Positions 48,001-60,485 of a stretch of 64,000 nucleotides of DNA are shown piece by piece. This DNA is from Takakia lepidozioides. Its lineage: Eukaryota; Plantae; Bryophyta. Position numbers and translations under genes: made by a program. Position 1 is the first letter of the stretch. Each line of letters starts with the position of its first letter. The stretch spans positions 46,190,001 to 46,254,000 of the forward strand of contig CM060731.1 in assembly GCA_030704615.1 (NCBI GenBank), in the 5' to 3' direction. The notes under the pieces are model-generated. The model had not been told where the DNA came from, did no database searches, and was given only the letters and a program-made list of their open reading frames with translations.

Positions 48001-49993
48001 CAGTTCTTTGAAGACAAAAAGCCCCTACAATAGCTCAAACTAGCAAGGACAATTCCAATTTCTGGCCAGAAGCATGGCCAGCAAGAAAGCTGAAAACATG
48101 AGGGCTACACAATACGTCAGTCAATTTCCCAAAATGCAGCCCTCAGAACAAGCATGCAAGCCCAAGGAATAGTTCCACATGAGTTTCACAATCCCATTGG
48201 TTGTAATTAATACCGCACAAGAGGCTGTCTCAAGAGTGCACAGGTCGTAGTACATTATACACCACTCCGAAATGTCAAATTAATGCCACTGAAACGAGTG
48301 ACAAGATCTTAGCCCCACTTCAACCCATATCAATATCCAAGTCGTCACCCAACAAGGTATGCCCCAGCAACAAATCTATATTTAAATCCTGAATGATCAA
48401 AGCACCGCCAATCCGCAATGGCACACTCAAACTTACATGCAATTGACTTCAAAACTTCCACTCCAATGCAACATGGGTCATCTAATCCTGCTCAAAAGAC
48501 GTGATGATAAGAGATATCCATTTAAGAATTTCCAATGTGCCCACCTACGGTAGCCTTGGTTCACATATTGCAAATGTACGGGGCAGTGGAAAGGGGGTGG
48601 GGAGATAGGGATGGCCGGTCACTGAGAAAGAGAGCTCCACGGTTCCAACCAATACTACACGTATGATATTTGTACCTGCATCCATACTTTTGCAAGACTG
48701 TAATCTGTTCCATCTATGCGAGGGTCCACTTGTTGTCATCCCCTTTGTCAGATTCTGTAATAAGGTCCTCTGCTCGCCACCTTCGCACGCCTTGAGACAC
48801 ACCTCTCTCATAGTCTGACTAGGTCACTTCAGGATCGCCCACATTCACCCGCCCTACTCCTTCCTCAGCTGCAAACAATCTCTAGTTTTCTGAAAGACAT
48901 TGCTCGCTGTCCAGTAATGCAGCTTCTTTCCCTCCACTGCTTGAATCGCAATCTTGCTTATAAAGCATTCCATGTTGGCGATTTTTTCATGGAGAAGACG
49001 GGGTGGTGGAACACAGGAGTAAGTCAGAGTCTCTGTAGCTGGAGAGCTGTCTCTTTATGGTTACGGCCCGGTAATTGGGAGAACGCTCACTATGCTTGTA
49101 AGTCAGAGTAGAGAGAGAAGGCGCAAGGTGTGAAGGCTGAGTTGCAACTTGCTACGCCCATGGCAATGCCCCCAGCCAGATCCAATTGCTAAATGGAGGG
49201 ATCTCACCAAAATTATTGAACAAGCAGCTGCGTGTCCTGTTTCTTCTATTTCTGCGTGTCCATGTTTCTCTCTTGTCAGTGGCGGTCAAGGAAAACAGCG
49301 ATGAATACCGTAGCAATGATGATGTTCATGTTGATGTTGATAGGGGTGTAGCAGGGACAGGTAGGGGTCGGGACAGGGACAGGGTTTGTGGTCAGAAAAC
49401 AACAATTGGACCCACTACAGTACAAGCGAGGTGGGTTTCTGTGTGTATGACGCCACCACTATATTCGGCTAGAAACAGCCCAAGAGATGCTGCAAAATAG
49501 TGGACCGTGTGTTCGTATGTGCCGTCGCGACTTTGGCTCGACCCGACCACAGCGACCTCTCATAGCCGGTACACTTGTTGGAGATGAAGAGGAAAGCAGA
49601 GTATGTTCAGGAGCATATATGTTGAGGTAGCCAGTACTCTAACCGGAAGTTGTCAGTAAAGCGAAAATGGTGGTACCTCTAGGATCTGGTTGGTGGGTGG
49701 GCGAGTGGTGTGGGGACTTGGGAGGCACCAGATTCCAGCGAAATCGGAAAGTGCTCAGTAGATCACTACGATCCTGCCTGACCTGCTCGCTCTCACCTGT
49801 GATGAGTCCCACCGAGAGTCCAGAGAAGAGTTTGTCAGTCATGTCCTTTGTTAGTACAGTAAGATTAGGTCTTGCGATGTGCACAGTGGGTGACACGAAT
49901 GTATGGACCACTTGCTTGAGAAGGTCGAACCGTAAGCAGTAACTTAAGTTAGCAGAGGTTGTTAGCATTGCTTATCTTTGCAACCTCTCAGTG

Positions 49994-51211
49994 ATGAGTT
50001 CCACCGAGTCCCTGCTGTCCGCGCAATGGCGGAGCCCCTCCGACATCTTGTCGGTCTTACTCATTATTGGCGGTGATGTACTACAGAAAGCTCTTGCTCA
50101 ACTCTCAGGAGATCGTCTGGTGCCCGTAGCATTCAGTTTCGGATGGGTAGCATACTCGTTCAGCACCCTGATGGCAATCGTGGGAGATGGACGCCTAATG
50201 CCTCTGCCGGACTACCCCGCCAAGGTCATCAACGCCGAGTCTGGCTACATCCGCTCCAACAGATCCTGGGTACTCGGCCGGTTGCTCCGGGACTTCGAGT
50301 TTCCACTTGCTGACGACATCGGCTTACATATTACTGTCTTCAAAGCGGAAGAAAGGGAAGCAGGTACTCCAGACAAGGACTGGTGTTGGGCAAGCGGAGT
50401 TCTGGTCATAGTTTTGCAGCTGGGAATTGCAGCTATCCCGTGCGGATTGTACGGTGACCCGGGAATCCTCCTTGCGACAGCTGCAGGAACACTGCTAGCT
50501 CTGACTACAGGCTTGTTACCGCAATGGCGGTTTGAAAAGTGGGCATGCCGAACAGAGAGCAAGAAGGTGGTATGTCTGACTGGCGGGAATGGCACAAGGC
50601 ATGTGATGGTCATCATCGGCAGTGGAAGAGGACTGGATCTCGAGGATCTGGCAGCGGCGGAGAGCCCAAGGATGAGGCGACGATCCGAGCAGGGCTACCG
50701 CCTGGCGAAGCGTGTGCGTGACGAAAATGGGGCACTCCTGAAGGACAAAGAAGTTTTGATGCTTGGCAGTGTCCCTGCCTCGTTCCGGATAACCCAGGTT
50801 ATGTGTGTGGTGCTAGCAGCTCTGTGGATTGTATTTCTCCTCACGGTTGCGGGGCTGAAGCAGAACACATGGTACCTGCTTGCGGTTGGCTGTCTCGGCA
50901 TGATCCAAAATGTGGTGGTTGCAGGGGCGAGTCGGGGACAAAGCACAACAGGCATTCACTTGACTAAAATTGAGTCATTTGAGCAACCAAAGGTCATGGA
51001 TGCATTGATGGATCTTGAATTAAACCATAAAAATGTCGGGAGGTCTCTGCTTAAGGAATTCTTTAATGGGAACTTACGACCTGCAGAAAAAAACTGGTGG
51101 GATGGCACGGACAAGGAATCGTACGAGAGCGATAGGCGCAGGAAGAGGCCTGAGAGCTTGGATGCAGGGCGATATGGTGCTCCTTCCGCATTCCAGTCTC
51201 GTCAGATATGA
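49994..51211 (+). CDS. Multi-pass membrane protein of unknown function resembling a fungal family, 405 aa, single coding exon
   Basis: QWRSPSDILSVLLIIGGDVLQKALAQL...PVAFSFGWVAYSF...GDGRLMP...RSNRSWVLGRLLRDFE...LPQWRFEKW...GNGTRHVMVI...LDLEDLA...GLKQNTWYLLAVGCLGMIQN...KVMDALMDLE...SLLKEFF, motifs I recall from fungal hypothetical proteins. About 4-6 hydrophobic segments. Confidence 0.75.
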   Translation: MSSTESLLSAQWRSPSDILSVLLIIGGDVLQKALAQLSGDRLVPVAFSFGWVAYSFSTLMAIVGDGRLMPLPDYPAKVINAESGYIRSNRSWVLGRLLRDFEFPLADDIGLHITVFKAEEREAGTPDKDWCWASGVLVIVLQLGIAAIPCGLYGDPGILLATAAGTLLALTTGLLPQWRFEKWACRTESKKVVCLTGGNGTRHVMVIIGSGRGLDLEDLAAAESPRMRRRSEQGYRLAKRVRDENGALLKDKEVLMLGSVPASFRITQVMCVVLAALWIVFLLTVAGLKQNTWYLLAVGCLGMIQNVVVAGASRGQSTTGIHLTKIESFEQPKVMDALMDLELNHKNVGRSLLKEFFNGNLRPAEKNWWDGTDKESYESDRRRKRPESLDAGRYGAPSAFQSRQI

Positions 51212-54200
51212 CTTGCGTTTGAGCCACAGGGATGGGGGGCACGGTTCCAAATTTTCCCTATGCATCATTATCGAAAGTATTAAAATCTGTTTCCTGCTAG
51301 ATAGTTTTATTTGTGTCCTCTGTAATCAAAGTAATCTTGTAATCAAAGTAATCTTGTAATCAAGTAATGAGATGCTGCGTTGTCCCCAGATCATGTACTC
51401 GCCTATTGTAGGCCCTTGAGAAATGACATTTTAAGCACCAAAATTCACAAACGCTTAGCATTTGTCATCATGCTGAAAGAAGGCATATGCTAACCTCAGA
51501 TACAAAAGAGGTATCATCTTCACAGCCTTCCTGTGAGTTTTGTTGGATTGATTGAGAGGTGTTGAACAATTGGCAGCTCATTCCTCTGCAGTCTCTTCCA
51601 GCCCTGACTGTGCTGCCAGGAGAGAGACAAAAACAATTCATTTTTCCTCCAATTTTGATACAGGAACATTGAATGTCAAGTCTCTCATTTTACAATAATT
51701 GGGTCGCGCAAAGCTGCCCGGTGGGCCCCGCGCACGGACGCCTTCCCCTACCCGCCGCTGCGCGCGGTCGCCCACCTGCTGCCACGGCCCCACCAGCCGC
51801 GCCCCCAGTCCGCCCGCCAGTCCGCTACCCGTGAGTCCAGTTCCCCTTCGTCCGCCAAACCACCAGTCTGCTATGCACGCTAGTCCGTTGTGCCAGTCCC
51901 CGCAAGTCCACCCAACAGTCCGTTGTGCCCGTCTACTGCCCCCAGTCTGCCAGTCCGCGCCGGCCGAAGGATCTGGATCGTCCATTCTGAGAAACCCATC
52001 CGCGTCATCCATGTTTAGGGCATGGAAGATCGTAACATCCTGCCACGAACTCGCCCACTCGTTCTTGTTTTCTGGTTCTTGCGGCTCTTTGATGTCCAAT
52101 GTTGCGGAGGTGACTTTGCACGCATGCGGCTGTTCTTCTTGTTTATGGCGATTTTAATGACGATGAAGGGTATGCCTGAACATGAGAGGGCTGGCGGGGC
52201 TCTACAGCCACCATCGTGCATATGCTTCCACTATTTTCACCTTCGTTTTGTGCTAACGTGCTTATTTTTTAAGACGATATGTGGAAAAATTGCATGCGTT
52301 TACGGTTTGTGGTGTGTATCCGAGTCCGAGCTCCTTCGTATGGAGCAGGAAACCATTGGTAACACGATAGCGGAAATCGCGGAAGTATATGCACGTGGGG
52401 GCGTGTATACATTGCAGAATTTATGTCCACCGATGAGACTGTTCAAGGGAGGACGTCTCTGCCACCACATGTCTGGGAACTGTGGAGAGTGTGAACAGAA
52501 CAGGATCCAGTCCGAAGGTCCTCAAACATCCAGATGCACCTCCTAAAACATCACATCTCAACCACTACCGTCTCCTTGAAAACTGGACAATGGGAAAGGA
52601 GACGTAACCTGAGAGATGTGGATTCACGTTGCTTGTGGATGTTCGAGGTCCTTACGACTGCAAATGCGCGTGGATCAACAAGCTCTTCGACTGCGTCTTT
52701 GTCAGTACTTTCTCTAAGCAGTGTGTTGTGCCATGAATATGGGCATATGCAAGTCTGCTGGACGGATGAAATGCAACCACGACATGACGGCGATGCCAAG
52801 CGTGGTTCTGATGGGATATCAGTCTGGTCTGCTGGACTGTTGGTCTGTAAGGATACAAGTCTGGTGTGGCACGAGTTTATTTTTCACTGGACTACTGGGT
52901 CATCACTGCCTGCCGAATTCCGAAGTGTCTTCTCTCATCTTATCCCCGAAGTTTCTTCTCTCGTCAGTCTGTTGAACCGTCGGTCAGCTGGAAGTCCGTC
53001 TCTTCAAATATGAGTCCGTTTAGCTACTACCTTTTAATTATCCGCATTGTCGTGAGTCTGCTGAGCCGTCGGACTGCTGGTCTGTCCGTCTCTTCTTATA
53101 TCAATCAGCTGGACTATCACAAAGTCAGTCTGTTTGAGCTGGGTCTGTTGAGCCGTCATTATGATCACGTGTAAGTCTGCTGGACCTATTAATGCAACGA
53201 CGGCGGGAAGGGGCGCCAGTGATCGAGCGTCGCGTCCGAACTCAGACAGAAAGTGCGGTTTACGGTTTACTCCCGTATCACCTGGCCGCCTAGGGGATAC
53301 TTTGTCTTTTGGGATATTAGTCTGTTAGAAATCAGTCTGTTGTCGCGCAAATTACTCTGCGCCAGTCTCTTCGTCAGTCTGTTGAACCTTCCGTCTGCTG
53401 GACTGTCCGTGCAGTGGCATACGAGTCTGTTGTTGCGCAAGTTTGTTTGCAGTGGGTCTGTTTGGCCGTTATGTCATTAGGTTTAAGTCTGCTGGACGCA
53501 ATAAATGCAACGACAGCGGTAAGGAGGCCCAGTCACGTCGCGGTACGTCATCAGACTCCACACTAGACTCCGCACTCGCCTTAGTCTCTTCGTCAGTCCG
53601 CTTAATCTCAGTCGTCAGTCTGTCATTGCGGTGGCATATGAGTCTGTTGTCGAGGCTACTGGGTCTGCTCGGCCGTCTTTGTCATCAGGAGTAAGTCTGT
53701 TGGACTTAATGAATGCGACGACGGCAGACTGACGATAGTCCCACTCATCCCGTCTGCTAGACTGTCCGTGCAGTGACATACGAGTTTGTCTATGCAGTGG
53801 CATATTGCCAGCACGTGTGAGGGGTCTGCAACTATTTAATGCGATGGCGGCCAAAAAGGGGCGCCAGTGAAATCTCGCCACGTCACTCCGCGCATGCAGG
53901 GTTATATCTGTTCAGCTTTCCTCTTTGTGCTTTCTGCTTTGGTTTCTTTCCATTCTCTTTTCCGCTCTTCTCTGCTTTCTTATTCTTAGTCTTTCTGTCG
54001 CTTATTGCCGCTGCATCTCTTGTCTGATTTTGCAGCCATAGAGGATGTTTGTGCAAAGGGTGGAGCAGACTGGTTGCCTTTCATGCACAAGTCCAGGCTA
54101 AAGGAGCGAAGGTACTGGTACTCACCTGAGGAGTATGATGCGAAAATAGTCGAAGCATTCTTAGACCTCCGCGCAATCAAGCCTGCAGACTCCAACTAGT

Positions 54201-54237
54201 AGAAGGATAAGCTCCACTGTCCCTTCTATAGTGAAAT

Positions 54238-54965
54238 TGTCGCGGCCCTTTGCCTTGAGGGCAGGGGGTCGGGACATATGAGGGGCTGCCCCTGTGGTGG
54301 GGGCAGTGGCAGCGATAGGTATGGGGGGCTGAAGCACCCTTGAGTGCCCAAGGCTCTCAAGGAGGCGGAGGCGCTCACTAGGTGGAGCCCCGCACACCGG
54401 GTTGCGGTGGGGGTGGCTCCACAAGGGGTGGTGGTAGCTTAGCGGGACTTAGTGGGGGTGGCATAGGACTCACCATGGGGGCGGAGACCTCGTGGTGGGA
54501 GTCGTGGGGAGTCTTGGGACTCATCACGGTCCATAGGGGCCGTGGTGAGCGGGCCAAGACTCACCGCGACTCATCACCGGGAGTCGAGGGTTTTCGTGGT
54601 GGTTCGCCATAAAATGGCATGGCTGGTTGTGGAACCCCCGCGGACAGCTACAGAAAAGTATATATAGGGAGTAGTAACCCCGAGAACGGTGCAAGCCCGT
54701 TGGTGACCAAAAACTAGTGAGTAAGCGAGCGAGCCGGAAAGCGACCAAAGAGTAGGGAGCTGTTCCGGACTACCATCTACCAAAGGGAATTCTCCTAATC
54801 CCAATTAGGTGGAGGGTTTAGAGGGAAGCGAAGGGGGACCGTTATGTCCCGGTGAGCAGCCGAAGCTCCAAGTTGGCCCGGGCGGCCAGGTTGGGAGTCA
54901 GGCGCGCGCATCAAAGCGAGTAACCATGACTTGAAGGGGAGCTTACCGAAGTGAGGTGCGCGACA
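54238..54965 (+). repeat. 5' LTR
   Basis: TGTCGCG...CGCGACA, near-identical to 60486-61208. Confidence 0.95.
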
Positions 54966-54967
54966 CT

Positions 54968-54979
54968 TGGTATCAGAGC
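54968..54979 (+). promoter_or_regulatory. Primer-binding site (initiator tRNA-Met)
   Basis: TGGTATCAGAGC, starting after a 2-nt spacer following the LTR. Confidence 0.9.
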
Positions 54980-55020
54980 TTAGAGTTCAGTACGCGATCG
55001 TCCTTGGGATTGGCCTCATC

Positions 55021-58000
55021 ATGGGGTCGGGCAAGCCGAAGCGAAAGCGGAATGGCCCAAAAGATGATGATCCCGGTGAGCCCGATGGGGGCGGCGTGTC
55101 ACCGAGGCGGCCGTTTGAGGAAGCGATGCATGTTTCCGAAAACGAGGCCGCCCAAGAGCGGGAGGAATCCGAGGAGTCGGAGCTCGAGGAATCCTTGAGA
55201 GCTCCGACAAACCAAGAGATGCCTCCCATGCCGGCAGCCTTTTGGGAAGGGTTGTTGGCGCAGTTTGGCGGAACGTTGAAAGACGTGTTGAAGGCGGCTA
55301 ATGCCACTTCCACTAAGGCAAAGTTTAAGGTGAAGCCTAACAAACCCGGCACCTTCGAGGGCGTCCGAAATCGGAAGGCACTCAACACCTGGCTCTTGGA
55401 GCTGGAGCAGTACTTCCGGGCGGCCAAGTTGAGTGACGAGGATCGCGTGGAAGTGGCTCCCACCTATTTGAGGGGCTATGCTCAACAATGGTGGCAGAAA
55501 CGCCTTCACGACCGAGGTCCAAGTCCGGAAACCTTGAACTGGAGTGGGTTCAAGGAATTGATGAAGAGACAGTTTGTGCCCCTCAACGTGTCCTGGCTTG
55601 CTCGGGACAAGATGAGGAATTTGAAGCAAACAGATGACATTCGGGGTTATGTCCAGGCTTTCAATGTGTTGTTGCTCGAAGTCGCGGACATGGCAGAACC
55701 AGAAATGGTCTTCAACTTTGTGGCGGGACTGGCCCCATGGGCCAGGCGGAAGTTGGAGGAGAAGCCACCCAAGACTTTGAACGAGGCAATTGAGAGGGCT
55801 GAATGTTTCTCGGATGTCCCTAGGGGTGAGAGACAAGGCCGTACGGAGCTGAACCACAAGAAGACCCGGCGGGAAGGTGACTCCTTCCGACCGGAAAAAA
55901 GTGGGATAGGCCACGCGGCGACAATGGCACGTGGAAATCGAAGGGAGGGCCTTCACACGTCAAGGCGGCACCCGGTGCTTCGAAAGGAAAAGCGGGTGGA
56001 GCGGCTTATGGCGGACAGAAGGCAACCTTTGATGGAGTGTGTTTCAATTGCGGGGAGCCCGGGCACATGGCCAAGAAGTGCACGAAGCCCCGGCAATTGA
56101 ACATGACTCGGGCGACCACGGAGCTGTCGGAAGATACCATCAGTCGCTTGGTGGAAGCGGTGGTCGCCAGGACTTGCAAGGTAGGAAAATTTTCTTGTGA
56201 GTTGTATCAGGAAACTGACGCCTTACGAAAAGGGAGTCAGTTATTGTTCGTGGATGGGATAATATCCGGAACTAATGTGTCGTTGTTGGTGGACACAGGA
56301 GCGTCGCACTCCTTCATGACACCGGCAACGGCACAAAAGCTGGGACTCCCGACAAGTGACGTGGGGGCCTCTATTGAGGTGCGTTCTGCCAAAAGAGAAC
56401 CACAGTTGGCGACAAGGTTGGCGTTTGATGTTCCTCTTCAACTTGGGAGTTGGGAGGGACGTGAGAACTTCACCATCTGCGAGATCGATGGAGTAGATCT
56501 CATTTTGGGGATGACCTTTTTGAGCAAATCCGGAGCGGTCATAGATGGCCGCAAGAGCGTAGTCACGCTGCCATGTGGGAATGGTGGCGAGGTCTTACGA
56601 GTGTCGGAAACGCCCAAATCCGTGGGAGGGCGAATAAACCTTCTGTCAGCAAGGGAGTGGGCCGTGGAGGAGGCACACGAACCCCAGTTCTTGCTTTACA
56701 TTAGAGAAGTGAAGGGAGAAGGCGATGGGGAGCTGAGCCCAGATTGGATCAAGGGGATTTTGGGGAAATACCAGGATGTGATGTCGGAGGATTTACCAAG
56801 CGGCTTGCCACCGCGAAGAGGAGTTGACCACAAGATTGAGGTGATACCGGAACGGAACCGCCTGCCAAGGCACCCTACCGGTTGAGCCATAGGGAGTTGG
56901 TCGAGCTGAAGACTCAGCTCAAGGATCTAATGTCAAAGGGGTACATCCAGCCGAGTAAGTCACCTTACGGAGCCCCGTGCTATTCGCAGACAAGAAGGAT
57001 GGGACGCTGCGGATGTGTGTCGATTACAGGGCTCTGAATAAGGTGACTATCAAAAACCGGTACCCTTTGCCAAGGATCGACGACCTCTTCGATCGGTTGG
57101 CAGGAGCGAAGTATTTCAGCTGGATCGACTTGCGCTCCGGCTATCATCAAATTCGGGTGGCGGAAGGAGATGAGGAGAAGACCGCGTGCAGAACAAGGTA
57201 TGGTTCATATGAGTTCTTGGTGATGCCTTTTGGGCTCACCAATGCACCAGCGACATTTAGCACGCTGATGAACAGCCTTTTTCAGGAGTGGTTGGATGAC
57301 TTTGTGATCGTGTACATCAACGACATCTTGGTGTACTCGAAAACAAAGGAGGAGCACCTGGAGCACCTCAAAAGGGTGTTCCAAAAATTGCGAGAATGGA
57401 AGCTGTATGCCAAAGCTTCAAAGTGCGAATTCGGGGTCACGAAAGTGGAGTTCTTGGGGCATGTGATTACACAGGATGGGATCAAAATGGATGACAGAAA
57501 GGTGAGGGCGATCTTGGACTGGGAGCCTCCGACTTTGGTCCCGGGAGTGCGTTCCTTCCTAGGACTCGCCTCCTATTACCGGAAGTATGTGAGAAATTTC
57601 GCCAAGATCGCGGGGCCGCTGTCGGACCTTCTGTGTAAATCTAAAGTCTGGGCATGGAACACCTTTTGTGGCCAAGCTTTTGCTGAATTGAAGCAGCGGA
57701 TGGCGGAAGCTCCAGTCTTGAAAATCCCGGAGTTCGATCGTCCGTTCGAGATACATACAAATGCGTCGGACTTCGCGATTGGGGGTGTACTGATGCAAGA
57801 TGGACGTCCAGTGGCTTACGAAAGTAAGAAACTGAATGAAGTGGAGCGACGGTGGCCGACGCACGAGAAAGAGATGAAGGCGGTGGTGCACTGTCTTGAG
57901 CTCTGGCGCCACTATGTTGGTTCCAACCCAGTGAAGGTGTTCACGGACAATGTCACGGTGAAGTATTTTGCCACGCAGCCCAAGTTGTTCCCAAAACAAC

Positions 58001-59583
58001 TTAGGTGGCAAGATACTTTGGCGGTGTTCGACGTGGATATCCAGTACAAACCGGGACGAGACAACGTGGTAGCCGATGCTTTAAGTAGAAAGCAGCAGCT
58101 CTTGTTGGTGTACAAGGGCGAGACGGCGCTCCAAAGGAAGATCCGGAAGGCTTGCCGGAATGATGAGCTGGCAAAGTCCGTGATGCAGGACTTGAGAATG
58201 GGGGTTAAATTGCAGTTCCACTTGCAAAATGGGTTGCTCCGGTATAAGCAAAAGCGTCTCTACGTGCCGAAGGGAGGGATCAGAGATAGCCTCTTGAGAG
58301 AATGCCATGATAGCCCGCTTGCAAGCCACGGCGGAGCCAAGCGCACTGCGGCACTCCTGAAGAAAGAGTATTTCTGGCCCAAACTGAGGGAGGAGGCAGA
58401 GGAGTATGTCAAGACATGCACCACATGCCAACAAAACCGGAGCGAGTACAAAAAGCAAGCGGGGCTGTTACAACCCTTGCCGATTCCAGAGGGGACTTGG
58501 GAAAGCGTCTCGATGGATTTCATGACTGCTATGCCGCTGTCAAAAGGATTCGATGCAATCATGGTGGTGGTGGTGGATAGGTTCAGTAAAATGGGCCATT
58601 TCATCCCCACCAAGGAGACGGCAACGGCGCAGGAGACAGGGCGACTTTACTTCGCCCACGTCTTAAAGCATCATGGAGTCCCGAAGGATATTGTCTCGGA
58701 TCGCGATCCAAAGTTTACGAGTAAATTTTGGAGGACACTCTGGAAGAAGATGGGGACGAGGCTGAAGATGAGCACCGCCTTCCGACCTACGACGGACGGC
58801 CAAACGGAAAGAGTGAATTCCGTAGTGAAGCAATTCTTGCGGAATTACGTGTCGGCAGACCAATCAGACTGGATGGAACACTTAGACGCGGCAGAGTTCT
58901 GTTATAATAACACAGAACACTCCGCAACGGGAGTTTCCCCTTTCGTGTTGGTCTATGGAAAAGCACCTCTGGTGCCGACAAGTTGGGCCGCCCAGGACAT
59001 TGAGGAACCGGCAGTAGCGGCGATACTGGAAGAACGCGAGCGTTTGTTGAAGCTCGCAAAGTACAATATTGCCAAAGCTAGGAAACGGTATGAAAGACAG
59101 GCGAATCGGAAGCGGAGGGAAGTGAAGTTTGAGGCAGGCACGGAGGTCTGGTTGAACATCAAGAATTTCCAACTACCTCTGGAAGTGAGTCCGAAGTTCG
59201 TACCTCCGTATGCGGGACCCTTTCGCATTCGGAAGGTTATGAATGAGGATGTGTATGAATTGGAGCTGCCGGCAAACAGCAAGGTGCACCCAGTATTTCC
59301 ATGTCTCCCTTTTGAAGCCTTACTTCAAAGATGAAGCGCGTCCGAATCGGCATCAAGTGTTGCGTCCGCCACCTATGCTGTTGGATCATGAAAATGAACC
59401 TGAGTACGAGGTGGAGGCAATACTTAAGTCGAGGAGGTTCAGGAACCGAGAAACGAGTATCTCGTCAAATGGAAGGGCTAATCATCATGTGGAGGCATCT
59501 TGGGTGCGTGCCTCAGAAATGGGAAAACGCATCCGAGGCGGTTGCAGCTTCGAAGGGCGACCTCAAAAGCGGAAGAAGTGTTG
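55021..59583 (+). pseudogene. gag-pol polyprotein with frameshifts (ORFs 54967-56100, 56037-56885, 56977-59334, 59243-59584)
   Basis: Retrotrans-gag (WLLELEQYF...AQQWW), [35 protein letters not shown]...MPFGLTNAP...[17 protein letters not shown], integrase SMDF...VSDRD...TDGQTER, chromodomain EYEVEAILKSR. Confidence 0.93.
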
Positions 59584-60485
59584 ATGGGGACATCAACCTT
59601 GGAGCGTGGGGGAGGAAATGCATGCTTAGCCCGGCTTAGCTAGCTTAGGGATCCGATTACAAAACTTGTATTGTACAAAAATTTGTTATAAAGGAAATGG
59701 GTTCCAAATGTTGTGCGTCCTATTTGTTTGGAATGGTGATGCATGATATGGTTGGCTAGTGTGTAGAATGCATGCTAGCTTATAAAAGTGGGAGAGGTAA
59801 ATTGGGTTAATCGTGTGTTTGTGTAGTGCCGAAATCGGGTGACCCCCATCCGAGGGGCAAGGAAACTTGCGCCTTCTTTGGGAGTTCACGTACTAGTGCG
59901 CACCTGCGCGTGCGCGTACTATACTGCGCTACCGAGGGGGTTGCCTTGTAGTGCGGGCTAACGCGGAAGCCACGTGCTTCCGTTCACGTACTATAATCGT
60001 GTAGCCTCGGGACGAAGTCGTAGTGCGGCTTTGGCGTGTTCCCGTACCTCAGGCCAGCATTCCAAGGCAGACCCAATTGTAGTGATTGGGGCGCACGGTT
60101 GGTTCAAGGTTATCTTCCTAGTCAAAGAGGGTTCCAGGTGAACCCTTGCTCAAGGTAATGCCAAAAGCGGCATCATGAGCGGTCGCAAGCAATGTTGTTG
60201 CAGTAAGGCGATTCGATCCTCAAGAGGATCGTTCCTTGGCCTTGAAGTAGGCCAAGAAGAGTGCATTGGGAGGAGCTGGAGAGGCTCCACCTTTGGCCGG
60301 GACTTGGAGGAAGTCGGCCGAACTAGCTAGTGGAGAGTAGAGTCAAGTGTGGGGTTTGGTTCTTTGCCATGGGACACCATGGTGCGGAAACAAACTCCTT
60401 GATGTGGGACGCCACAACTTGGATGTTCGTTTCTACAAAATGGACAAGTCGATGAGGACATCGACTCCCTGTTGGTAGGGGTGTG

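Noticed and set aside
47470-48840. Degenerate LINE ORF1 on the minus strand
   Set aside because: Only faint peptide hints across many stops; cannot be supported without a search.
30830-51211. Simple fungal contamination
   Set aside because: The fungal-like ORFs are interleaved with plant-type TEs, an F-box remnant and telo-boxes rather than forming a gene-dense fungal block. Disfavoured, but not excluded without read data.
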